A DNA stretch of 24,000 nucleotides from Patescibacteria group bacterium (lineage in GTDB: Bacteria; Patescibacteriota; Microgenomatia; UBA8517). The notes under the pieces were generated by a model. It did no database searches and was not told where the DNA came from. It saw only the letters and a list, made by a program, of their open reading frames with translations. The stretch's first letter is position 1. The number at the start of each line of letters is the position of its first letter. The position numbers and the translations under genes are program-made. The DNA lies in the NCBI GenBank assembly GCA_025057695.1, contig JANWVB010000003.1, positions 1,136 through 25,135 of the forward strand, in the 5' to 3' direction. Below, piece by piece: positions 1 through 9,288 of this stretch.

Positions 1-2
1 AT

Positions 3-530
3 TGTTCAAAAGAAATGTTAGGCGAAGGTCGTGGAGGGTGTGCTATGGGAAGGATATTCCCACCAGGTTTTTATTTCCACAAGACCCAAAACTATCAAGA
101 TACATCGGGTTGGAACATAAATCCTTACGTGATTGTAAGCAATGGTTACATTATAGTTAGAAATATTGACGCTTCGATAATGGCAATAAGAGCAGGAGAA
201 TTGCAAACTTTGGGCGAATATTCGTCCAAAGACGATGTTAATTTTTCTGTTATAAATAATCCAGTTGCTGAAAACATCGAAGTAACTTATGAAGTTGCTT
301 ATGTCCACAATAATGGTAGTCAAATTCAAATTCGTCCAAGTGTGGTTTCTTACAATACCCCACAGGCAATTATTCACAGAAAGGATTGGGTGTTTTTACC
401 TACAGACAAAAATAAAGATTGGATAACTCCGGGGCAGAAAATTTCTATAACTGGTGAACTATCCACTTATCACCAAGAACCAGCAGTTTATATAAAATCT
501 GCAGATCAAATTAAAATACACAATTTGTAA
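3..530 (+). CDS. Hypothetical protein, probably the 3' end of a gene entering from upstream of the window
   Basis: The frame is open back to the window edge (codons at 3-14 contain no stop). The first ATG at 15 has no SD, and the peptide MLGEGRGGCAMG has no N-terminus-like character. Stop at 528-530. No family recognised. The C-terminal ...ISITGELSTYHQEPAVYIKSADQIKI is vaguely OB-fold-like. Confidence 0.45.
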   Translation, partial: CSKEMLGEGRGGCAMGRIFPPGFYFHKTQNYQDTSGWNINPYVIVSNGYIIVRNIDASIMAIRAGELQTLGEYSSKDDVNFSVINNPVAENIEVTYEVAYVHNNGSQIQIRPSVVSYNTPQAIIHRKDWVFLPTDKNKDWITPGQKISITGELSTYHQEPAVYIKSADQIKIHNL

Positions 531-594
531 ATTTTTAGTTTGTTAAATTGTGCAAACGATCACAAGTTTGACGATAAATAATTTGTTTTCCTGT

Positions 595-1542
595 TCATAA
601 TTGCCGTGCTCTTAGTCTTAAAAAAAACCATCTCGCTTTTTCCGCAATTGTATATGGTATATAAAGCCAAGATGTTGGCAAATCCCATGTTCCTATGAAT
701 TCTACCACTTGTGGATTATAGCCTTTTTTAAATTTTGTAAAGCCTTTGCCTTCTTCTTTTCCCCAGAGATCAAATTTTTTTAAACCCAATTTTTTACCGT
801 ATCTGATTGCTTCCCACATCATCAGATTTGATGCCATTGCGTTTTTGTGCTTTTCGCTTGATGCGCCGTATGGATAGTAGAGAAAATCTTTCCAAACAAA
901 CAAAATCCAAGCGGCTATTATTTCTTTTTTATAAGTAGCAGTTAGCAAATGAGCAATGCCTGCTTGACTAAGTTTTTGCCACATTAATTGGTGATACCTT
1001 TTTGTGTGCGCATAAAATCCTTGCCGTTTGGTTGTTTCCTCCATTAATTCCCAGTATTTTTCGAAGGCATCTTGACTCGAGTCTTCTTTTACTAGTACTC
1101 CTTTCTTTTGGGCAAGTCTGATGTTATATCTAGTTTTCGGATGGAAACTTTTTAGCAATTCTTCTTCTGATTTAGTTAAATCAATCCAAAAAGTGCTTGG
1201 AGTGAAAAGCGTTTTCCCATGAACTGCTCCAAAATCTTTTAGAAGTTTTATATCTCTTTTATTTTTTACTACATTTGGTTCAAGTTTTACAAATATGACA
1301 TTATTTTTAACAGCGTAGTCTTTTAATTCTCTAAGCATTGTTAATGTGGGTTTTGGTCCTTTGCTAAAGACCGCGACCTTATATGACGTAAAGGGGATTT
1401 TGTGCAAAGTGATTTGTCCAAAAGAAAATCTTATTACTTCATTCCCCCATTTTTTTCTAAATTCTCCCCATTCCCAAGATTGTACCGGGTGAGTTGCGAT
1501 TTTGTTAAATTTGTTTTTGTTTAAATTTTTTAAACTTTTCAT
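595..1542 (-). CDS. FemAB-family peptidoglycan interpeptide-bridge aminoacyltransferase
   Basis: 315 aa, ATG at 1542. Family-typical stretches FHPKTRYNIRLAQKKGV and FLYYPYGASS...NLMMWEAI; length and layout match FemX/MurM-type enzymes. Confidence 0.8.
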   Translation of the reverse strand: MKSLKNLNKNKFNKIATHPVQSWEWGEFRKKWGNEVIRFSFGQITLHKIPFTSYKVAVFSKGPKPTLTMLRELKDYAVKNNVIFVKLEPNVVKNKRDIKLLKDFGAVHGKTLFTPSTFWIDLTKSEEELLKSFHPKTRYNIRLAQKKGVLVKEDSSQDAFEKYWELMEETTKRQGFYAHTKRYHQLMWQKLSQAGIAHLLTATYKKEIIAAWILFVWKDFLYYPYGASSEKHKNAMASNLMMWEAIRYGKKLGLKKFDLWGKEEGKGFTKFKKGYNPQVVEFIGTWDLPTSWLYIPYTIAEKARWFFLRLRARQL

Positions 1543-1608
1543 TCAATCAATTTTTTAATTTTAGTTATTGTTTTTTATTGGTTATTTTATTTAGATATTT
1601 ATTTTTAA

Positions 1609-3471
1609 TTAAAATTCATTACTGTCCCAATAGCCCTCTGTTTTAGTTAGATTCTGATAATTGTTAGTGTTTGTAATATTTATGCTTTCCACCAGATTTT
1701 CGGGGATGTCCGTAAGAAATCTTGAAGGCGGATTAGATTGCTTTTGTCCAAAGAAAAGTCTTTTTAAAGCGTAAGATAAATAAAGTTTGCTTTTGGCTCG
1801 TGTTATCCCAACGTACGCAAGTCGTCTTTCTTCTTCAATCTCTACTGAGTCAAAGATAGATTTTGAGTGTGGAAATATTCCTTCTTCCATTCCAACAATA
1901 AAAACAACTTCAAATTCAAGTCCTTTTGCCGCGTGGAGCGTCATTAAATTAACTTTGTTTTTCAAAAGATGTTCATCGGAATTTGTTGCTTCCTGTTGCG
2001 CTTCGATTAAAGAAACACTTTCGAGGAAATCAAACAGATTTGGAAACTCTGTTGCCACTGATTTAAGTTCTTTAATGTTTTCCAGTCTTTGCATGTTTTC
2101 TTGTGTATCGCGAGCAAATTTTGATAAATAGTTAGTTGTGTGAATAACATCGTCTAAGAGTTGTATTGTTGTTAGTTGATTTATCTTTTCAAAATTTTGG
2201 TTTTTGTAATCTAAAAATTTTTGATAGGCTCTTTTGCCTAATTTCTGCACTCTTTTCTGAGACACGCTATCTTGGTCGTTTGCCAGAAGTCTTAGATAAG
2301 AAAGAATGTCTTTTATTTCTTTTCTTGAGTAAAATCTTATTCCGCCAATTAGTGTGTATGGTAAATTAGCGTGCAAAAAGGCTTCTTCTAAAACTCGCGA
2401 TTGCGCATTTGTTCTATACAGGATTGCAATTTCTCCATATTTTATACCTTCTTTTGAAAGTTGTCTGACTTGATTTGTGATATATTTTGCTTCATCCAGT
2501 TCATTTGTCGCGCAGTAAACTTTTATCTTTTCTCCTTTGCCTTTGTTTGTCCAAAGTTCAAGCACCCTATGAGATGTGTTTTTTTTGATGATTTGGTTTG
2601 CCGCTTTTAGAATTGTTTCTGTTGATCTATAGTTTTGTTCTAGATTGATAATATTTATACTTGGAAAATCTTTGATAAGATAATTGATATTCCGATAATC
2701 GGCTCCTCTCCAACTATAAATTGATTGGCTTGGATCGCCTACTGCTGTCAAATTAGTTTGATTTCCTGCCAAAATTTTAACTATTTTGTATTGAATTTTA
2801 TTTGTGTCTTGCCATTCATCGATCAAAATGTTTGTCAATTGTTCCTGCCACTTGGATAATATGTTAGGGTAGTTTTCAAAAAGTTCAACAGTTTTTATTA
2901 AAAGATCGTCAAAATCTAAAGCCATTGCGTTTTTGAGATAGTTTTCATATGCCAAATATACTTTGGAGATTGTTTCTTGCCAGTCTCCATAAGCAAACTC
3001 CGCATATTCAATAGGCTTAATCATTTGATTCTTGGCGTCGGATATAGCTGTCGCAATTGAACTTGGTTTGTAAGAATCGTTTGAAATTTTTAGGTTTTCC
3101 AAAATTTCTTTTATTGCATCTTTTTGATCGTCTTCGTCATAGATTAGAAAATTAGGCGATATTCCAATTAACCTGCCGTTTTTCCTTAGCACTTTTGCGC
3201 AAAACGAGTGGAATGTTCCAGCAAAAAAAGGATATGTTCCAACTATTGAGACAATTCTTTGTTTCATTTCATCAGCGGCTTTGTTGGTGAAAGTAAGCAA
3301 GAGGATGTTATTTGGATTGATTTTTTTTTCGCTCACAAACCATGCTGCTCTGTGTGTAAGAACTTTGGTTTTCCCACTACCCGCTCCTGCCAGGACCAGA
3401 AGATGTTGTCCTTCGTATGTTACTGCTTGAATTTGTTCATTGTTTAGATTTTGGATTAAGTTGTTTGTCAT
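1609..3471 (-). CDS. pcrA: ATP-dependent DNA helicase, UvrD/PcrA family (short form, 620 aa)
   Basis: SF1 motifs are present in order: Walker A AGAGSGKT, Ia TFTNKAA, II IDEWQD, III GDPSQSIYSWRGA, IV EQNYRS, V RTNAQSR, VI VGITRAK, and C-terminal PSRFL. Confidence 0.9.
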   Translation of the reverse strand: MTNNLIQNLNNEQIQAVTYEGQHLLVLAGAGSGKTKVLTHRAAWFVSEKKINPNNILLLTFTNKAADEMKQRIVSIVGTYPFFAGTFHSFCAKVLRKNGRLIGISPNFLIYDEDDQKDAIKEILENLKISNDSYKPSSIATAISDAKNQMIKPIEYAEFAYGDWQETISKVYLAYENYLKNAMALDFDDLLIKTVELFENYPNILSKWQEQLTNILIDEWQDTNKIQYKIVKILAGNQTNLTAVGDPSQSIYSWRGADYRNINYLIKDFPSINIINLEQNYRSTETILKAANQIIKKNTSHRVLELWTNKGKGEKIKVYCATNELDEAKYITNQVRQLSKEGIKYGEIAILYRTNAQSRVLEEAFLHANLPYTLIGGIRFYSRKEIKDILSYLRLLANDQDSVSQKRVQKLGKRAYQKFLDYKNQNFEKINQLTTIQLLDDVIHTTNYLSKFARDTQENMQRLENIKELKSVATEFPNLFDFLESVSLIEAQQEATNSDEHLLKNKVNLMTLHAAKGLEFEVVFIVGMEEGIFPHSKSIFDSVEIEEERRLAYVGITRAKSKLYLSYALKRLFFGQKQSNPPSRFLTDIPENLVESINITNTNNYQNLTKTEGYWDSNEF

Positions 3472-3500
3472 TATTTAAATCAAGTACAATCTAGATTACT

Positions 3501-4685
3501 ATGTCAAAGAAAAAAGATAAACTGATTGTTCATAGCAAATCTCAAATTGGATTAAATAAAAATTTAAATAAAAATTCGGGTTTTTCTAGAGATAAAAACA
3601 AAAAACAGAATTTTGTATTTAAGGATAAATCATTTTTTATTTTACGATTGAAAAAAGTTTTTTTGAAAAACATAATTTGGATTAAAATTTTGTTTGTTGG
3701 CGCTTTTATTTTGGTTTTATATTTTTCATTTATTTTTGTTCAGAATACTTTGACGCATCTTCAAATTCCATTTTATTCTTCCCTGTTTGTAGATTTTCTA
3801 ATGACACCACCTCATAAGATACTGTCCACCGAAGGTAGGACAAATGTTTTGATTTTAGGAAAAGGTGGAGAAGGGCATAATGCTCCTGAATTAACAGACA
3901 CAATTATTTTTATGTCTATAAATCATTCTGATTCTTCCATTGTATTAATATCGATACCTCGTGATATATGGATTACTGATCCTAAAGGGAAAATAAATAG
4001 CGTTTATATGCAAGGGAATGATAAAGAGCAAGGGGGTGGAATATATTTGGTCAAATCATTGGTTTCAGGAATAGTTGGAGAGAAAATACACTACTATGCT
4101 TTGGTGGATTTTTCAGGTTTTAAGAAGTTGATAGATGTGGTTGGTGGCATAGAAGTTGAGGTGGCAAATTCATTTACTGATAATCATTTCCCGATTCCGG
4201 GCCGTGAAAACGACTTGTGCGGGGGTGATCCTACTTTATCATGCAGACATGAGACGATTAGGTTTGAAAAGGGTTTAACACACATGGATGGGGAAACGGC
4301 TTTGAAGTTTGCAAGGTCTAGATATGCCAAAGGAGAAGAAGGAACTGACTTTGCGAGAGGCGCTCGCCAACAATTAGTGGTAGATGCGTTTATAAAAAAA
4401 ATTCTTACCAGAGAAATTCTCTTTTCCAAAGATAAATTAGTTGAAATAAAAGAAACAGCTTTATCTGTGGTGCAAACAGATATTCCTTTGTCTGGACTAG
4501 CTATTGTCGCAAGGCGTTTGTATGACAACAAAGGCATATCTAAAAGTTATGTAATCCCACGGGATTTTCTATTTGTTCCAAATTACTCGCCTAAATATGA
4601 CAATTTATATGTTATCTTGCCTATTGGTGGCAACTGGCAGAAAGTTCAAGAATGGGTTGATTCTATACTGTATTCAAAAAATTAA
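3501..4685 (+). CDS. LytR-CpsA-Psr (LCP) family cell-envelope phosphotransferase
   Basis: 394 aa with an N-terminal basic region, one TM, then LCP hallmarks: TNVLILG...LTDTIIFMSI...ISIPRD...HYYALVDFSGFKKLIDVVGGIEV...ALKFARSRY...DFARGARQQ. Confidence 0.85.
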   Translation: MSKKKDKLIVHSKSQIGLNKNLNKNSGFSRDKNKKQNFVFKDKSFFILRLKKVFLKNIIWIKILFVGAFILVLYFSFIFVQNTLTHLQIPFYSSLFVDFLMTPPHKILSTEGRTNVLILGKGGEGHNAPELTDTIIFMSINHSDSSIVLISIPRDIWITDPKGKINSVYMQGNDKEQGGGIYLVKSLVSGIVGEKIHYYALVDFSGFKKLIDVVGGIEVEVANSFTDNHFPIPGRENDLCGGDPTLSCRHETIRFEKGLTHMDGETALKFARSRYAKGEEGTDFARGARQQLVVDAFIKKILTREILFSKDKLVEIKETALSVVQTDIPLSGLAIVARRLYDNKGISKSYVIPRDFLFVPNYSPKYDNLYVILPIGGNWQKVQEWVDSILYSKN

Positions 4686-4687
4686 AT

Positions 4688-6724
4688 TTATAAGTTTTTT
4701 GTTATTTTATATAACGAGGTGTTGCCGTTTTCATATATTTTCTCTCCCAAAATTGCAAATTTTTCTTCCATTACATTTGTGTATCTTTCTCTTTCTTTGA
4801 TGCTGACAATTACGTGTGTGACCGCGTATTTTTTAAGAAGTGTTTTTGCTTTTTGTATGTCAGATGTTACGTATATTTCTCGGACATCGTCTGCTCTTTG
4901 TTGCGGAATAAGAGGTGATCCACGCCAGAGCCATTGATGTACGAACCATCCCAAAACTGTTGGTATTCCTGTATATGCTGAAACAACATTGTATTTAGTG
5001 TAGCTATCGCCTGATGCTTCCAATAAGATAGCATTCTTATCTTTTAAATTTTTGTTTATCCACTCAATTAAGTAGTAAGACTCTGGATCTTCCTCCTTTA
5101 GCCAGTTGTCTCCGCGTAATGAAGATTGTTTTTTGAAGTCATTGTAATATGTTTTGATTGCATGGTAAGGGTATATAAATACTAAAGCAATAAGAATTGT
5201 AATTAGAAAGCTAAAAGTTAACTTAACAAGGAATGATCTTTGAAGAGCAATTGCTCTTATAAACGCATATCCAGAGGATAAATAAAAAAGCACAAATGCT
5301 TGATAGGTTAGTTTAAACATAGTATTTGCTCGGTGATGATCAGTTCCATATATGTCTTTTACATATATGATTTCCGGCAAAAGTATCAAAATCCAACCCG
5401 CGGTAAGCAGGGCAATGACAAAGACATCTACCTTGTTGGTTTTATCTTGCTTAGGGATTAGAGCAATTAAAAATATTAAAGTAATACAAAGCGGATATCC
5501 CCATAAAATCAAAAGTTGCCAGAGGGGTGTTTGTGCTTTAACAAAATCTACACCTTGCGCAATTGATTCAAAATTTGTCAAAAATGGAAAGGTTACAATC
5601 AATGCTGTTATTATTGTTATCACAGCATTCATGACTATCTTTGAAATCAATTTTAGATTTATACCTTCTTTAAACAAACTGACAAGTCCAATTACGCAGG
5701 CTGTTGTAATAGCATAATTGCCAAAATCCCATGAATTTGTCATAAACATAATTCCCAAAACAAATCCCAGTGGCACAAAAATTTTGATATTAGAATAAGA
5801 ATCTTTTTCTAACAAAAAACGGGACAATAGAGCGATGTATAAAATTGCAAAAGGAAGATTTATCAAATGAGCATGCAGGTCTGACACTACAAATGAGTAA
5901 AGTGGAAATTCGTGAATGGTTTTATCATTTGTTTCAGGATTGTAACCTATAAATCTTGTGGCGTCCGGATACCAATAATTTTCAAAGTTATTTTTCCAAA
6001 GCATATATGGAGTGTGAAAATTTCCTGCCAAGACTACTCCAAGCGCGGATATTATGCCTCCCAAGAAAATTTTTCTTTTAGTTGCAATTCCTGTTTTTTT
6101 TATGAGTGTTGATACAATGTTAAAAATTCCTGTGAGTGAAAGACCAAATATTGTCGCAAGCATTAAGTTATATCCAATGCCAGAATTGATTCCCGAGATT
6201 TTGATCAAAAATGCAGTAACATAATGACCATACCAGTAATAGTTTATTGTATGCCCAGAGAGCCACATATCTTTTGGTGGCAAGTATTCGGATCGCAGTG
6301 TGCTGTTTACGAAACCAAAATCCATGAATTTTTCTAGTCCCTCAATGGATGGTTGATAAGATCTAACAATTGTCCAAGATATAAAACTTGCAAGAAACAA
6401 AAGTTCAATTAAAAAAATTGAAAAAATAGAACTTTGAATCGTTTTCTTAATATTTTTGTGTGCTTTATAAAAAATGAATACATTTATCAAAATCCATAGA
6501 AATATTGCAAAAAAAGTTGACAGTTTATCAAAGGACAGCAATTTATAACTTGTTAGCAAAAAACATATGTAACTTGTTAATATTATTCCAACTGTTTTGG
6601 TAAACGCATATCCTTTTGAAGTGAATTTATTAAACAATAAAAAAGTAAAAGGCAGACTTATCAAGCCAATACCAAGAAGTGTTAGATACCAATAAAAAAT
6701 AGATAATATTTCTTGCGTGTTCAT
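4688..6724 (-). CDS. DUF2298 ('YYY') family polytopic membrane protein, GT-C-like
   Basis: Many TM helices. The INYYWYGHY motif is typical of DUF2298/chlor_Arch_YYY proteins, and there is a soluble C-terminal domain. The track start at 6736 is TTG; the ATG at 6724 (MNTQEILS...) sits 2 nt after the upstream gene's stop and is preferred. Confidence 0.6.
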   Translation of the reverse strand: MNTQEILSIFYWYLTLLGIGLISLPFTFLLFNKFTSKGYAFTKTVGIILTSYICFLLTSYKLLSFDKLSTFFAIFLWILINVFIFYKAHKNIKKTIQSSIFSIFLIELLFLASFISWTIVRSYQPSIEGLEKFMDFGFVNSTLRSEYLPPKDMWLSGHTINYYWYGHYVTAFLIKISGINSGIGYNLMLATIFGLSLTGIFNIVSTLIKKTGIATKRKIFLGGIISALGVVLAGNFHTPYMLWKNNFENYWYPDATRFIGYNPETNDKTIHEFPLYSFVVSDLHAHLINLPFAILYIALLSRFLLEKDSYSNIKIFVPLGFVLGIMFMTNSWDFGNYAITTACVIGLVSLFKEGINLKLISKIVMNAVITIITALIVTFPFLTNFESIAQGVDFVKAQTPLWQLLILWGYPLCITLIFLIALIPKQDKTNKVDVFVIALLTAGWILILLPEIIYVKDIYGTDHHRANTMFKLTYQAFVLFYLSSGYAFIRAIALQRSFLVKLTFSFLITILIALVFIYPYHAIKTYYNDFKKQSSLRGDNWLKEEDPESYYLIEWINKNLKDKNAILLEASGDSYTKYNVVSAYTGIPTVLGWFVHQWLWRGSPLIPQQRADDVREIYVTSDIQKAKTLLKKYAVTHVIVSIKERERYTNVMEEKFAILGEKIYENGNTSLYKITKNL

Positions 6725-6726
6725 AT

Positions 6727-8361
6727 TTATGCACAATTGTCTTTTATGGAAAAGATAGAATAATTTTCTTTAATGTCTTCATACATTAACTTGAAGTTGT
6801 TTTTTAAAAATTCTGTGTTTATAGCAGGCAAATTTGTGTCTCCTTTTGTATCTTCAACTGTTACATAATCTATATTGTTTTCTATAGCCATTTTACAAAA
6901 ATCAAACTTATTTGTGGAAGTGTACATTTTTGTAAATATTTTGTTCCTGTGTTCAGTGTCATATCCTGCTGACCATGCGTAATATGGCCAACCTAAAAAG
7001 ATTTTCCTGCCTGCTATTAATGCGGGATGAAAAGTGAAAGAAGAATTTAAAAAAATAGCATCTTTGGGGGTGTTTTTGTCTATGAAATTGGCGATTTTGT
7101 TTTTGGGTATATCGTCGATAGTTACATATTTGTCATTTATTATTGGGAATAAGTCTATGATTCCTGTTAATGTTAAAAAAAGTATTGAAATGGTTAAGAT
7201 TAGCTTAGACATTAGAAATTTTCCCCATAGTGTAATTATTGAAAATGCTAGAAACCAGTTCATTCCGATTACAAACATATTTATAAACTTATGATTTGCG
7301 GCAATTTCAGGAGACAATCTGAATGTGTTTGCAATTATAAAAAAGGTCAGAAAAACCAAAAATGCTTTTTTCTGATTTTTGTTTGCAAGTAAAAATCCAA
7401 TTGGTATAAAAACTATTAAAAGTCCAAGATTGAGTAACCAATAGTAAGGTATTTCGGATATGTTTTTTGCCAAATAACCGATTTTTATCAATTCAGATTC
7501 TACTCTGGAGCTTCCCATATAAATAAATTGTGGCAGAGCCAAAATTATTGCTACAAAACCCATTAGAAAAAGTTGTTTTCTTGTGTGACTGAAAATGAGG
7601 AAAAATAAAAGTACTGCCACTCCAATCATTGCATATACAGCAAGATGTAAAAAAGGTATAAATCCCACTAGTATTCCGATTATTAAAGCCGCATTGTAAG
7701 AGATTGATTTGTGTTTAACTATTCGATGATAAAGATATAAAAATATTCCTAGAAATATTGCGTAGCCAAGCGCCAGATGTCGTTGATTTGTGTAGATGTT
7801 TAGACTCCAAAAAGCCGAAACTATCTTCTCATCATAAGGGCCAAATGATGTGAAATTTTGATTTGATGGAATTTGAAGTATTGAGCTTATGTTTATTCCA
7901 TTGGCTTTGAAGTATTCCAAAAAACCAAAAGATCCGTTGAAAATAAAAAAAAGCAAAGATAAAATCCCAATAACTTTATTTTTAAATAAGACTTCTCCGC
8001 CTTTGTAAATAAAATATATTAACAAAGTCATCCCTATAGCGCTTAAGGTGTTGAGAGCATAATCTAATCTTATTCCATATTTTTCCAATAATCCAACAAA
8101 GAGATAAAACAAAAAATGATAGCGTATTGGTTCGTGTGCGAAATGTGGATATTGTGGCGGGAAATTAAAGCCGTATGAAAAAGATCTGGCAACAGGAAGT
8201 GTTGCTCCAAAATCGCTCCAAATTTTTGTTGCTATAAACATTTGATTATCTTTGATGTAGAAAGTTTTCCAATAAAAAAAGGTGGAGAAAATAAAGGCGA
8301 AAAAAATAATCAACAAATCTAATTTTCTACTTTTGAAATGGTTAATTAATTTTTCCCTCAT
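6727..8361 (-). CDS. Polytopic membrane protein, putative GT-C-fold glycosyltransferase (PMT/ArnT-like architecture)
   Basis: 544 aa, ATG at 8361, about 12 or more hydrophobic helices plus a C-terminal soluble domain. That C-terminus looks alignable with the neighbouring DUF2298 protein. The coding call is firm; the function is inferred from architecture only. Confidence 0.45.
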   Translation of the reverse strand: MREKLINHFKSRKLDLLIIFFAFIFSTFFYWKTFYIKDNQMFIATKIWSDFGATLPVARSFSYGFNFPPQYPHFAHEPIRYHFLFYLFVGLLEKYGIRLDYALNTLSAIGMTLLIYFIYKGGEVLFKNKVIGILSLLFFIFNGSFGFLEYFKANGINISSILQIPSNQNFTSFGPYDEKIVSAFWSLNIYTNQRHLALGYAIFLGIFLYLYHRIVKHKSISYNAALIIGILVGFIPFLHLAVYAMIGVAVLLFFLIFSHTRKQLFLMGFVAIILALPQFIYMGSSRVESELIKIGYLAKNISEIPYYWLLNLGLLIVFIPIGFLLANKNQKKAFLVFLTFFIIANTFRLSPEIAANHKFINMFVIGMNWFLAFSIITLWGKFLMSKLILTISILFLTLTGIIDLFPIINDKYVTIDDIPKNKIANFIDKNTPKDAIFLNSSFTFHPALIAGRKIFLGWPYYAWSAGYDTEHRNKIFTKMYTSTNKFDFCKMAIENNIDYVTVEDTKGDTNLPAINTEFLKNNFKLMYEDIKENYSIFSIKDNCA

Positions 8362-8439
8362 TCTTTTGGAAGCAAGGAATTAATACTTAATACGTATTGC
8401 ACGAAATTAGCTATTCTTGAGAAAAAAAATTGTATTAAA

Positions 8440-9288
8440 TTATAAAGCCAAAATAAATGCAAACAGAAGCACAAAAACACCAAGTGAAACAATGAGCAAA
8501 GTTAGCGTTGGAGTTCCGGCATCAGGCAAAGCTGCTTGTGTTGGAGTTGGTGTGGCAGTTGCGGTATTTTGAACGATTGTGTTTGTTGGAGTTGAAGTGG
8601 ATGTAATTGTTGCAGTTTGTGTTGGACTGGTGGTGTTAGTTGGTGTTGCAGTTGGAGAGTTGGTAATTGTAGCAGTTGTTGTATGTGTTGGAGTTAGGGT
8701 ATTAGTTGGTGTTAATGTTGGAGTGGCAGTGTGTGTTGGGGTTGGAGTCTTAGTTTTAGTTGGTGTTAATGTTGGAGTCTTTGTATGTGTTGGAGTTAAC
8801 GTAGCGGTGCTGACTGTAAACACTAGCTTTTCGCATTGTCTACGAACTACGTTATTGTTGCAATCTTCTTTTTTCTCAGAAACGCCTCCCCATGATACAC
8901 CTAAACTTTTTATTTCTAAATCTAACTGCCATTTTGCGCAAATCAAACCCAATCCTTTTTCAATACTTGCTCCTGGATTAAGTTTTTCTGTTCCTGAAAT
9001 ATCTTGACAAACAGATTCATCCCAACAGTCTAAAAACCATTCTAAATCTACAGGCTTATCGGACTTGTTTTTAACGATAAAACTTTCAGGGTGATTCCAA
9101 TTTCCTGATTTTGGTGTTATCTCAAGTGGTCCGGTATGGGCGCTTGACTTTTCAGGCGCTGTTGGAGCAATAGATGTGTTTCTGGATTGATACAGTTTTA
9201 TAGCGGTAAAAATTGCTACCACCGAAAGAATTATGGTTGCCGAAACAACAAGCGCTGTAACAATTTTATTTACTGGTAATTTTTTCAT
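8440..9288 (-). CDS. Secreted/anchored Cys-rich protein with a Thr/Pro-rich linker and a C-terminal LPDAG + hydrophobic tail
   Basis: N-terminal TM (IVTALVVSATIILSVVAIFTAI), a domain of about 110 aa with 6 Cys, and a T/P linker of about 90 aa. LPDAG is encoded at 8515-8529 and followed by a 24-aa hydrophobic C-terminus. The ATG at 9288 is preferred over 9294: AGGA lies 5 nt upstream and it forms an ATGA overlap with the upstream stop. Confidence 0.6.
   Translation of the reverse strand: MKKLPVNKIVTALVVSATIILSVVAIFTAIKLYQSRNTSIAPTAPEKSSAHTGPLEITPKSGNWNHPESFIVKNKSDKPVDLEWFLDCWDESVCQDISGTEKLNPGASIEKGLGLICAKWQLDLEIKSLGVSWGGVSEKKEDCNNNVVRRQCEKLVFTVSTATLTPTHTKTPTLTPTKTKTPTPTHTATPTLTPTNTLTPTHTTTATITNSPTATPTNTTSPTQTATITSTSTPTNTIVQNTATATPTPTQAALPDAGTPTLTLLIVSLGVFVLLFAFILAL
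8536..8811. repeat. Imperfect in-frame tandem repeats encoding the TPT(L/H/K)T linker
   Basis: Reiterated gttggwgt-type units. An exact 22-bp copy tagttggtgttaatgttggagt occurs at 8703-8724 and 8757-8778, 54 bp (18 codons) apart. Confidence 0.8.

Noticed and set aside
553-570. Possible bidirectional terminator hairpin CAAAC-N8-GTTTG between the convergent first ORF and the FemAB gene
   Set aside because: The stem is only 5 bp, AT-rich, and has no flanking U-tract. This is too weak to call.
8579-9007. 142-aa plus-strand ORF rich in Val/Gly (MFVGVEVDVIVAV...)
   Set aside because: It is the antisense shadow of the Thr/Pro-repeat coding region, since ACN/CCN codons read backwards give GTN/GGN. 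It has low complexity and no independent signals.
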